In this document: piece by piece, positions 49,113-57,371 of the stretch | Position numbering within the stretch: the stretch's first letter is position 1 | Layout: every line of letters starts with the position of its first letter | Assembly (NCBI GenBank): GCA_047600485.1 | Contig: JASGKS010000001.1 | Span: 6,784,259 to 6,848,258 of the forward strand | Direction of reading: 5' to 3' | Length of the DNA stretch: 64,000 nt | Source: Archangium sp. | GTDB taxonomy: Bacteria; Myxococcota; Myxococcia; Myxococcales; Myxococcaceae | The notes under the pieces: model-generated | Seen by the model: only the letters and a program-made list of their open reading frames with translations | What the model was told of the DNA's origin: nothing | Database searches by the model: none | Program-made: the position numbers and the translations under genes

Positions 49113-51857
49113 TTGGCCGAGCTGACGTCTTCCACCAGCGCATCGATTCACACCGCGACGCTGCTCGGGCGATTGCGGGGAACTCCGGGGCTGTGGCTCT
49201 TCGTGGTGCTGGCGTTGCTCGCGCCGGTCATCCTCTGGCTCGAGTGGATGGTGGTGCGCGCCGAAGCGAGCGCTCCTGATATCGGCTTCGATATTCAGCG
49301 CACCTCGCAGCTGCGAACCAAGGTCGCCTTCGCCGACGCGCGCTGGCCCGGCGTGAAGACCGGCGACACCGTGAACTCGGTCAACGGCGTGCCGATGACG
49401 GCGCAGAATTTCTGGCAGTACCGCGTGGCGCTGAAGCCCGGCCCCATCGACGTCGAGTTCGAGCGCGACGGCGTTCCGTTCGTCCTCCACGCCGAAACCG
49501 GGCCGCCGCTGTGGAGCATCACCGCGGCGTACGTCGCTCGCATGGTGACCGGCGCGCTGTTGTTGCTGATTGCGCTCGGCGCGTTCTTGATGCGACCGGG
49601 CGGAGCGGTGAGCTGGTTCTTCCTGCTCTTCGTCTACTCGCTCGCGCCGCTGACGATGATCACCGCCGGCTTTCTGCCCGACGCGCTGATTCTCTACTTC
49701 GTCGTCTACTCGCTGCTCTCGCTCTCGCCGACCATCGGGCTGCTGCTCTTCACCGTCTTCCCGAAGAGGCTCGATGTGAAGTGGTGGCACTACGCGCTGA
49801 TGGCGGTGCCGGCGCTGTGCTTCGCGCTCTCGCACCCGCTGCGAATTCTCGTGGGAGACCGAGAAGGCTCTTCGTTCGGCTTCGAACTCGCGACACGCAC
49901 GTGGGCGGGCGTGTGTTGTCTCGCGCTCCTCATCGGCCAGAGCGTTCAGGCACGTCGCGCACGCAAAGCGGGAGATGCGCGGCTCGCGTCGCTCTACCGC
50001 ACGCTCGTTCTCGCGACGTTCCTCGGCCTGCTCGCGCCGGTGGTGCTGTCGTCGATTGCGCGCGCGCTGCGGCTCGACGGCTCACTCGCGTCGGAGCTCA
50101 CCGCCACGCTGGTGCTCGCGTTCGCCGTGATGATGGCGTGGGTGTTGATTCGTCACAATCCGCTCGCGGTCGACCGCTATGCGGCGTCGGTCGTCGGCTA
50201 CGTGGTGACGGTCGGCACGCTCGGCGTGGTGCTCGCCATCGGTCTTCTCGGAATTCCCATCGCCGCCAGCCGGCTCGGGCTCGCGCAGAGCTCCGAAGCG
50301 CTGGTGGCTGTCACCGCCGCGGTGAGCATCTCGGTCGGCCCCGTGTACCGACGGCTGCGCAAACGCGTCGACCGCTATTTCTCCGAAGAACAGGCCGACG
50401 TGATGCAGACCGCCGAAGTGCTGCGCAACGTCGCCGAGGCCGTGCTGCGCAAGCCGCAGAACCAGGCGCTCACCTTCATCGTCGAATCGGCGCGCGTGCT
50501 CGGAGCGGACCACGCCGCGCTGTGGCAGCTCGATTCGAGCGGCAAGGGCCTGCAGCGCGCCTTCGTGCTCGGCGCGAAGGTCGAAGACGTGCCGCGACTC
50601 GCGCGCGAGAAGCAGACGGTCGAGCTGCTCGAGCGCGCGGGCGGTGTGAGCGGGCTGACGCCGACCATCGCGTCCGAAGCCGCGCAGCAGGTGTTGTGGC
50701 AGCTCAACCTCGTGCTCTCGGTGCCCGTTCGCGCGCACGGCGTGGCCGTTGGTTTCCTCGGAGTCGGGCGGCGGCCTTCCGGCTTCGGCTACCGCGAAGA
50801 AGACGAAGCGTTTCTCTCGGCGCTCGCGAGTGAAGCGGGCGTGGCGCTCGAGCGTGGAGACCACATCACCACCATCGGTCGCTATCGCGTCGAGCGGCGG
50901 CTCGCCTCGGGCGGCATGGCGGAGATTTTCGTCGCGTGGCAGCTCGGGCCCGGCGGCTTCGAACGCAAGGTGGCGTTGAAGCGATTGTTGCCCGAGCTCG
51001 CGGAAGACCCGCGCCACGCGGCGTCACTGCTCGATGAAGCGGCGGTGTCCGCGCGGCTGTCGCATCGAAACATCGCGCAGGTGTTCGAGGTCGGGCTCGA
51101 GGGCGGCCAGCACTTCATCGCGATGGAGTTCGTCGACGGGCCTCCGCTGCGCGCGCTGCTGGCGGCCGCGAGACGTGTGGGCGCGCCGATGCCGTTGAAC
51201 GTGTTCCTCACGCTGAGCGGTGCGTTGCTCGCGGCGCTGCATCACGCGCACACCGTCACCGACGCGCAGGGAAAACCGCTCGGCGTCGTGCATCGCGACG
51301 TGACGCCCGCCAACGTGCTGCTCACCAAGCTCGGAGAGGTGAAGCTCGTCGACTTCGGCCTCGTGCTCGCGAACGCGCGGTTGTTCCGCACGCAGACCGG
51401 CGTGGCGCGCGGCACGTTGCCGTACATGTCTCCGGAGCAGGCGAGCGGCGACGCAGCGACCGTCGACTTGCGCACCGACATCTATTCGGCGGCGGCGACA
51501 CTCTATGAAGCGCTCACGCTGGTTCGCGCGTTTCCCGAAGGGCCCTTCACTTCGCGACCTGCGCTCGCGAGCACCGCGCGGACTGATTTGCCAGAAGCGC
51601 TCGACGCGGTGTTCGAGCGGGCGCTCTCGCTGACTCCAGGAGCGCGGTTCGACAGCGCGCAGGATTTTTCGCAAGCGTTGGTGAAGGCAGCTGGAGTGGC
51701 GGCCGCGAGCGAGAATGAGCTTGGCGCCTGGGTCGAGTCGCTCGCGAAGGAAGTGGGGACCAATCCCGAGATGCCGAAGCGGACTCCGGGCGCGCATGAG
51801 GCGACGGCTTCGCTCGAACGGACGACGATTCCGCATCATGAGGAACGTAAAGCTTGA
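49113..51857 (+). CDS. membrane receptor Ser/Thr protein kinase (multi-TM N-terminus, GAF-like middle, C-terminal kinase)
   Basis: About 8 TM helices. Kinase motifs (LASGGMAEIFVA...KVALKRL...HRDVTPANVLL...DFGLV...YMSPEQ). Confidence 0.8.
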   Translation: MAELTSSTSASIHTATLLGRLRGTPGLWLFVVLALLAPVILWLEWMVVRAEASAPDIGFDIQRTSQLRTKVAFADARWPGVKTGDTVNSVNGVPMTAQNFWQYRVALKPGPIDVEFERDGVPFVLHAETGPPLWSITAAYVARMVTGALLLLIALGAFLMRPGGAVSWFFLLFVYSLAPLTMITAGFLPDALILYFVVYSLLSLSPTIGLLLFTVFPKRLDVKWWHYALMAVPALCFALSHPLRILVGDREGSSFGFELATRTWAGVCCLALLIGQSVQARRARKAGDARLASLYRTLVLATFLGLLAPVVLSSIARALRLDGSLASELTATLVLAFAVMMAWVLIRHNPLAVDRYAASVVGYVVTVGTLGVVLAIGLLGIPIAASRLGLAQSSEALVAVTAAVSISVGPVYRRLRKRVDRYFSEEQADVMQTAEVLRNVAEAVLRKPQNQALTFIVESARVLGADHAALWQLDSSGKGLQRAFVLGAKVEDVPRLAREKQTVELLERAGGVSGLTPTIASEAAQQVLWQLNLVLSVPVRAHGVAVGFLGVGRRPSGFGYREEDEAFLSALASEAGVALERGDHITTIGRYRVERRLASGGMAEIFVAWQLGPGGFERKVALKRLLPELAEDPRHAASLLDEAAVSARLSHRNIAQVFEVGLEGGQHFIAMEFVDGPPLRALLAAARRVGAPMPLNVFLTLSGALLAALHHAHTVTDAQGKPLGVVHRDVTPANVLLTKLGEVKLVDFGLVLANARLFRTQTGVARGTLPYMSPEQASGDAATVDLRTDIYSAAATLYEALTLVRAFPEGPFTSRPALASTARTDLPEALDAVFERALSLTPGARFDSAQDFSQALVKAAGVAAASENELGAWVESLAKEVGTNPEMPKRTPGAHEATASLERTTIPHHEERKA

Positions 51858-51862
51858 ACGGC

Positions 51863-51900
51863 CCCTCACCCCGACCCTCTCCCCGCTTTGCAGGGAGAGG
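51863..51900. repeat. GC-rich palindromic REP-like element (copy E)
   Basis: ccctcaccccgaccctctccccgctttgcagggagagg. Confidence 0.6.
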
Positions 51901-51935
51901 CAGATCAGATTCTCGATTTCGGGCAACACAGAACC

Positions 51936-52682
51936 ATGCGACTGACGCTTCTGGCCGGTTTGATTTCGTGTGCAGCACTTGCGCAGGAAGCTGCGCAGGA
52001 GACGCCTCCTCCGCTCGAGCCTGCGACGGTTGCGAATGCTCCGCTCGACGCTCCGGTGGCTGCACCGGCTCCGGTGGAAGAAGTGAGCGTCGACCCGGGC
52101 GGGCGCGTTCGCTGGGGACTCGGCGGTGGCATCGGCTGGCACTCTCCGTACGGCGCGTTCGGGCTCAACCTCGAAGGCCGCATCGGCACGCAGTTGGGCA
52201 GCGTGGTCTCGGCGTATCTCGCCATCGGCGCGCACATCGGCGTCGGCGCGAGCGCGGGCGTCACCGGCCTCGGAGGAGCCGCCACCGGCACGCTCATCGG
52301 CCACTTCACGATGGGCGCGCTCGTCGAGCTGCTCTTCGCCAATCACTTCAGCGTCGCTGGCGGCCCCGCGTTCGGGCTCGGCGCGATGGGGCTCGGCGGT
52401 CTGGGCATCGCGGTGAACGGAGGCACCATCACCGGCGTCAGCGCCGCGGGCTTCAAGCCGGGCTTCGACTTGCGGCTGGGCTGGGGCTTTCACTCGCCGA
52501 ACCCGCGCACGCACAAACGTCGCGGCTTCAACATCGGCGTCGACGTGCTGACCTTGCTGCACCCCAACGGCACGCAGACCGAAGTGACGACCGACTTCAA
52601 CGGCGCGCAGACTACGGTGCAGAAGACGAGCACGCTGGTGACGGTCACGCCGATGCTCACGCTCAGCTACGAGTCGCGTTGA
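51936..52682 (+). CDS. Gly-rich secreted / outer-membrane-like protein, hypothetical
   Basis: Signal peptide MRLTLLAGLISCAALAQ. Gly-rich beta-like repeats (GGGIGWHSPYGAFGLNLEG...). Confidence 0.45.
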   Translation: MRLTLLAGLISCAALAQEAAQETPPPLEPATVANAPLDAPVAAPAPVEEVSVDPGGRVRWGLGGGIGWHSPYGAFGLNLEGRIGTQLGSVVSAYLAIGAHIGVGASAGVTGLGGAATGTLIGHFTMGALVELLFANHFSVAGGPAFGLGAMGLGGLGIAVNGGTITGVSAAGFKPGFDLRLGWGFHSPNPRTHKRRGFNIGVDVLTLLHPNGTQTEVTTDFNGAQTTVQKTSTLVTVTPMLTLSYESR

Positions 52683-52703
52683 TCTCATGACAGTCTGCGC
52701 GGC

Positions 52704-53615
52704 GTGACTCCTTCAGTTGATTCGATGCGTCTGCGCGCGCTGGCGCTCGAGGTCTTGAAATCGGTTTCGAAGAAGGGCGACTGCATCGCCATCACCGGCT
52801 CGGTCGCTCGGGGAAATGCGACGCGCGACTCCGAGCTCGACTTGTGGATTCTCGGCTCGCGCAGCGGCCGCTTCACGAAGAACGTGCACGGCACCAACGT
52901 GCAGCTGCTCTGTCAGCGCCCCGAAGAAGCGGTGGCGTTCGACAACCTCTGTCTCTTCGAGGTCGACGACCTGCTGTTGCTCGACGACCGCGCGGGCGCC
53001 TTCGAAGCGCTACGCCGCGTGTGGAAGAAGCAGCGCCGCCGCGTGCGCGCCGAGGTGATTCGCGGCACGCAGAAGCAGACCGAGCTCGAGCTCGCGCGCG
53101 GCCAGCAGGGCAGCGAATGGCACCGCGCGACGTTCCTGCGGCTCGCGGCGTGGCGGTTGTTGTGTCTGCGGGTGTTCATCGACCACGGGTGGCGCGTGCC
53201 GCGACTGCATGCGCTGCGTGCGTCGTTGCCCAAACCGCTCAGCAAGCGGCTCGACGAAGTGCTCGCGCTCCCCAAGCCGGCGAACGCGCGCGCGGCGGTG
53301 AAGCTGATGAAGGGCGTCGAGCGTGAAGCGCGTCAGCACGTCGACCTGGGCGACTACGCGTTGCCGCACGCGCTCGACGCGAAGGTGAAGACGGCGCCCG
53401 ACGAGGCAGCATTCCTCGCGCGACAAGAGCTGGTGAGCGACCTTCTCCCCGCGGTCTTCAACACCTGGGGCATCACCGACGTGCGTGGCGTGGAGCTGCT
53501 GGGTCGCGTCGCACCCAACACCGCGAAGGCATTTCAGCTGCTCGAGCCCCGCCCGAAGAAGGGTGACGTGAAGAAGCTTCAAGCACACGTCGCGGCGATT
53601 CAGCGCGCGTTGTGA
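52704..53615 (+). CDS. nucleotidyltransferase-domain protein (Pol-beta superfamily; ANT/KNTase-like or minimal NTase)
   Basis: Motif ITGSVARGNATRDSELDLWIL, i.e. GS-x9-D-x-D, then an alpha-helical C-terminal domain. Confidence 0.6.
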   Translation: MTPSVDSMRLRALALEVLKSVSKKGDCIAITGSVARGNATRDSELDLWILGSRSGRFTKNVHGTNVQLLCQRPEEAVAFDNLCLFEVDDLLLLDDRAGAFEALRRVWKKQRRRVRAEVIRGTQKQTELELARGQQGSEWHRATFLRLAAWRLLCLRVFIDHGWRVPRLHALRASLPKPLSKRLDEVLALPKPANARAAVKLMKGVEREARQHVDLGDYALPHALDAKVKTAPDEAAFLARQELVSDLLPAVFNTWGITDVRGVELLGRVAPNTAKAFQLLEPRPKKGDVKKLQAHVAAIQRAL

Positions 53616-53639
53616 AGCGCGTCATGACACGAAGCGCCC

Positions 53640-54635
53640 ATGCCTGAGACTCCGAAGCCCCCCGCTGCCCCGAAGGCCCCCGCTGCCCCGCCCGCGCCCG
53701 CTCCCAAGCCGGTGCCCGTCGCGTTCACCCACACCAAGCAACCCGACTGGGGCGTTGGGCTGGTGCTCAAGAACGAGCCCGAAGATTGGATTCTGTTCTT
53801 CGAGAACGGCGGCGAGAAGAAGCTGAAGAAGAAGTTCGCCAACGACATGCTCACGCCGGCGACGCTGGCTCCCGACGCACTCGCGGCGCTGACGGCGCGC
53901 GCGCACGGCCGCAAGGTGAAGGCCGCTCCGAAGCCGAGCGCAGGTCTGTTGCCCAAGGCGCGCGTGAAGACCGGCCCGACCGCGCGCTTCGCGACGTTCA
54001 AGGAACAGCAGGTGCTCTTCGAGAAGCTCTTCGTCGGCGGCTTCAAGGGCGAGACGTACGTGAAGGAAGAGCGTGAATCGAAGGACGCGGCCATCGAGCT
54101 CGCGCAGCGCACGCTGAGCAAAGAGGCGTTCGAGAAGGGCACCACCGATTCGCTCTTCGAAGCGGCGCGCGCGGTGCTGGCCGCGACCAACCTGGTGTTC
54201 CCCATCGAGGGGCCGATTCCGTTCCGTCAGCTCGCGGGCGCCGACCGTGAGGCGGCCATCGCGGGCCTGAAGAACCTGCTGCACGGCAAGGAGGCGTACG
54301 GTGACCGCCTCGCGAAGTTCGCCGGCGCCCTCAACCTGAAGGACGGCAAGTCGGAGCCCAAGAAGGTCTCGTGGACGCTCGCGACCTACTTCGGCGCGCT
54401 GTTCGACCCGAAGCAGTACATCTGCGTGAAGCCGACCGCGTTCGCGAATCAGGCGCTCACGTACAAGCTGCCGGCCGACAAGTCGGCGCCCATCGACGCC
54501 GCGGGCTACGGCCAGTTCCTCGCGGTGGTCGAGAAGACGAAGACGCTGCTCGCGGAAGCCGGCCACGAGGCGCGCGATCTGCTCGACGTCTACACGTTCA
54601 TCTGGCGCACGCAGGGCTACAAGGCCGAGGCCTGA
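53640..54635 (+). CDS. hypothetical protein
   Basis: N-terminus is a Pro/Ala/Lys-rich linker. No family recognised. Begins 24 nt after the NTase gene. Confidence 0.4.
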   Translation: MPETPKPPAAPKAPAAPPAPAPKPVPVAFTHTKQPDWGVGLVLKNEPEDWILFFENGGEKKLKKKFANDMLTPATLAPDALAALTARAHGRKVKAAPKPSAGLLPKARVKTGPTARFATFKEQQVLFEKLFVGGFKGETYVKEERESKDAAIELAQRTLSKEAFEKGTTDSLFEAARAVLAATNLVFPIEGPIPFRQLAGADREAAIAGLKNLLHGKEAYGDRLAKFAGALNLKDGKSEPKKVSWTLATYFGALFDPKQYICVKPTAFANQALTYKLPADKSAPIDAAGYGQFLAVVEKTKTLLAEAGHEARDLLDVYTFIWRTQGYKAEA

Positions 54636-54638
54636 ACC

Positions 54639-56576
54639 TCACGGCGGTTTGACGGACGCGACCTCGGGCGCCGCAGCAACCGGTGCCTGAGCCGCGCGCG
54701 CCGCGATTTCTTCGCGCAGTGACTCGTTGTTCCAACCCGGGTCTTTTTCCCGGTGCTGGCCGTCGAGCTCGTTCTTCATCGACTTCTCGAAGTTCTCGAG
54801 CGCCTTGCGCGCTTCGTTGAACCAGACGTCCTGGCCCTTATCGAGGTACTGCAGCATCTCCTCGATGGCCGCCTCGTCGTGCTCCTTCCACTTCTGTGCG
54901 ATGCGATGCGCGGTGTGCGCGCGCACGCCGACCTGCTTGAGCGCGGCCTGACCCATCTCGAGCGAGCTGCCCATGGTCTCGCGGAAGATGCGCGTGATGC
55001 CGAGCCGCCGCAGCGCGTAGTAGTGCTGACGGTTTCTCGCGCGCGCGACGATGGGCAATTTGGGGAAGTGGCGGTGCACCAACTCCGCGACCTCGATTGA
55101 TTTTTCCGGGTCGTCGATGGCGAGCACGAAGAGCTTCGCGTTCGCGCAGCCGGCGGCCATCAGCAGATCGAGTCGCGACGCGTCGCCGTAATAGACCTTC
55201 GAGCCGAGGCGCCGGAGCATGTCGACGATGGCCGGGTCCAAATCGAGAACCGTCACGCCGTAGCCCGACATTCTCAACATGCGACCGACGACCTGACCGA
55301 CGCGACCGAAACCGGCCATCACCACGTCGGCTCCGTCGTGCGCCACTTCGTCGTGCGCGCGCTTCGGCCCACCATCGGCGACGCGCGGAAGAATCACGCG
55401 CTCGAGCAACATGAAGAGACCTGGCGTGGCGAGCATCGACAACGCGGTCACCGCGATGAGCGGCCGCGAGACGTCGTGCGTCCACACCTTGTTCTGCTCG
55501 CCGAAGCTGATCAGCACGAAGGCGAACTCGCCGACCTGCGCGAGACCGATGGCCGTCAACCAGCGCGCGGGACGGTCGAGTTTGAAGAAGCGACCGAGGC
55601 CGTAGAGCACCGCGCTCTTCGCGAGCATCACGCCGAAGAGCAGCCCCGCGATGAGCAGCGGGCTTTCGATGATGAGCTTGAAGTCGATTTCGGCGCCCAC
55701 CGAGATGAAGAACAGACCGAGCAGCAGACCCTTGAACGGCTCGATGTCGCTCTCGAGCTCGTGGCGGTATTCGGAATCGGCGAGCACCACACCGGCGAGG
55801 AACGTGCCGAGCGCGGGAGAGAGACCGACCGTCTCCATCAGCCACGCGATGCCGACGACGAGGAAGAGCGCGAACGCGGTGAAGACCTCGCGCAATCGCG
55901 TCTCGGCGAGAATGCGGAACGCGGGGCGAATCACGAAGCGGCCGGCGAGCACGATGATGCCGACCGCTCCGATGACGAGCAGGCCCTGCACCCAACCCGG
56001 CCGCGCGCCGACCACCGTCTCGCTCGCGTGCTCGACTTGCACCGGCGCCGTGACGCCACCAATCGCGAGCAGCGGGAAGATGGCGAGAATCGGAATGACC
56101 GAGAGGTCCTGGAAGAGCAGCACCGAGAACGACGCCTGACCGCCCGAGGTCTTGAGCAGGCCGCGTTCACCGAGGCTCTGCAGCACGATGGCGGTCGACG
56201 ACATCGCGAACACGCAACCGACGGCGAGCGAGAGACGCCAGTCGACTCCGGCGATGACTCCGACGAGCGTGACGACGGCGGCGGTGCCCGCGACCTGCAG
56301 GCCACCCAACCCGAAAATCGGTTTGCGCAATTCCCACAACAGCGACGGCTTCAATTCGAGGCCGACGAGGAAGAGCATCATCACCACGCCGAACTCGGCG
56401 AAGTGCATGACGTTGGCGCCCTCGCCTCCGACGAGCTTGAGGACGTTGGGGCCGATGATGACGCCGGCGAGCAGGTACCCGAGCACGCTGCCCAAGCCGA
56501 GGCGCTTGGCGATGGGCACGCAGGTGACGGCGGCCACTAAATAGATGAGTGCCTGGAAGAGGATGGAGCTGCTCAC
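54639..56576 (-). CDS. kefC: glutathione-regulated K+-efflux system protein (KefB/KefC-type CPA2 antiporter with a TrkA-N/KTN domain)
   Basis: About 13 TM helices, then a Rossmann KTN domain (VVMAGFGRVGQVVGRML). Operon partner of the KefG/KefF-like gene. Confidence 0.85.
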   Translation of the reverse strand: MSSSILFQALIYLVAAVTCVPIAKRLGLGSVLGYLLAGVIIGPNVLKLVGGEGANVMHFAEFGVVMMLFLVGLELKPSLLWELRKPIFGLGGLQVAGTAAVVTLVGVIAGVDWRLSLAVGCVFAMSSTAIVLQSLGERGLLKTSGGQASFSVLLFQDLSVIPILAIFPLLAIGGVTAPVQVEHASETVVGARPGWVQGLLVIGAVGIIVLAGRFVIRPAFRILAETRLREVFTAFALFLVVGIAWLMETVGLSPALGTFLAGVVLADSEYRHELESDIEPFKGLLLGLFFISVGAEIDFKLIIESPLLIAGLLFGVMLAKSAVLYGLGRFFKLDRPARWLTAIGLAQVGEFAFVLISFGEQNKVWTHDVSRPLIAVTALSMLATPGLFMLLERVILPRVADGGPKRAHDEVAHDGADVVMAGFGRVGQVVGRMLRMSGYGVTVLDLDPAIVDMLRRLGSKVYYGDASRLDLLMAAGCANAKLFVLAIDDPEKSIEVAELVHRHFPKLPIVARARNRQHYYALRRLGITRIFRETMGSSLEMGQAALKQVGVRAHTAHRIAQKWKEHDEAAIEEMLQYLDKGQDVWFNEARKALENFEKSMKNELDGQHREKDPGWNNESLREEIAARAAQAPVAAAPEVASVKPP

Positions 56577-57223
56577 GCGCGCGCCTCCTTCGGGTTCAGC
56601 GGCGGCGGAGCGTCGCCGCGCAACACGGCATCGAGCGGGAAGTTGATGCGCTCGGCCTTCGAAGCGCGTTCCAAGTCGAGGTGGTCGTCGCGCAGCGCAG
56701 CGAGCAACCGTCGATAGTCGTGCGCGAACGGAGCGACGTGTTCGTCATTGTCGAGCCGCAGCGCGCTGTGCACCACGAACGGCGCGAGGAACTTCATGCC
56801 GCACAGGTGCGCGGTCTGGTCCCACGGGCTGAGCAGCGTGCGAATCGAGAACCGGTTGAAGCCTTCCGGGTTGTACGCAGCCTCCGGGCCGCCGGTGCTG
56901 ATGACGTTGACGGTGAGCTTGCCCTTGAGGTGGTGGCCCTTCGAGCCGTACGCCCAGTTGTGCTCGAGCACGAGGTCCTGCCACTCCTTCAAGATGGCGG
57001 GCACCGAGTACCAATAGAACGGGTGCTGAAAGACGATGACGTCGTGCTCGAGCAACAGCTGCTGCTCGCGCTTCACGTTGATGCGCAGGTCCGGGTACGT
57101 CTCGTAGAGGTCGTGCACGCGAACGCCGTCGACGTCTTTCGCGGCGTCGGCGAGGCGACGGTTGACGCGAGAACGTTCGAGAACCGGGTGCGCGAGCAGG
57201 ACCAGAATGCGGCGTGGCGCCAT
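56573..57223 (-). CDS. kefG: KefG/KefF-type flavodoxin-like NAD(P)H:quinone oxidoreductase (Kef ancillary subunit)
   Basis: ILVLLAHP...DLYETYPD...FQHPFYWYSVPAILKEWQD pattern. Overlaps kefC by 4 nt. Confidence 0.75.
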   Translation of the reverse strand: MAPRRILVLLAHPVLERSRVNRRLADAAKDVDGVRVHDLYETYPDLRINVKREQQLLLEHDVIVFQHPFYWYSVPAILKEWQDLVLEHNWAYGSKGHHLKGKLTVNVISTGGPEAAYNPEGFNRFSIRTLLSPWDQTAHLCGMKFLAPFVVHSALRLDNDEHVAPFAHDYRRLLAALRDDHLDLERASKAERINFPLDAVLRGDAPPPLNPKEARA

Positions 57224-57371
57224 CGCGCGAACCTAGCCGCGCGAGCCGCGCTCACCCACGGAATCGAGAGCGGCTGATCCGCCGAACGCCCGGTTTTTTC
57301 CGATGTGCGCTTCGAGCGCCACTACGCTGCCGCGCCGGAACTTCAACGCCGTCTCAGACGTCGAGGACCTC

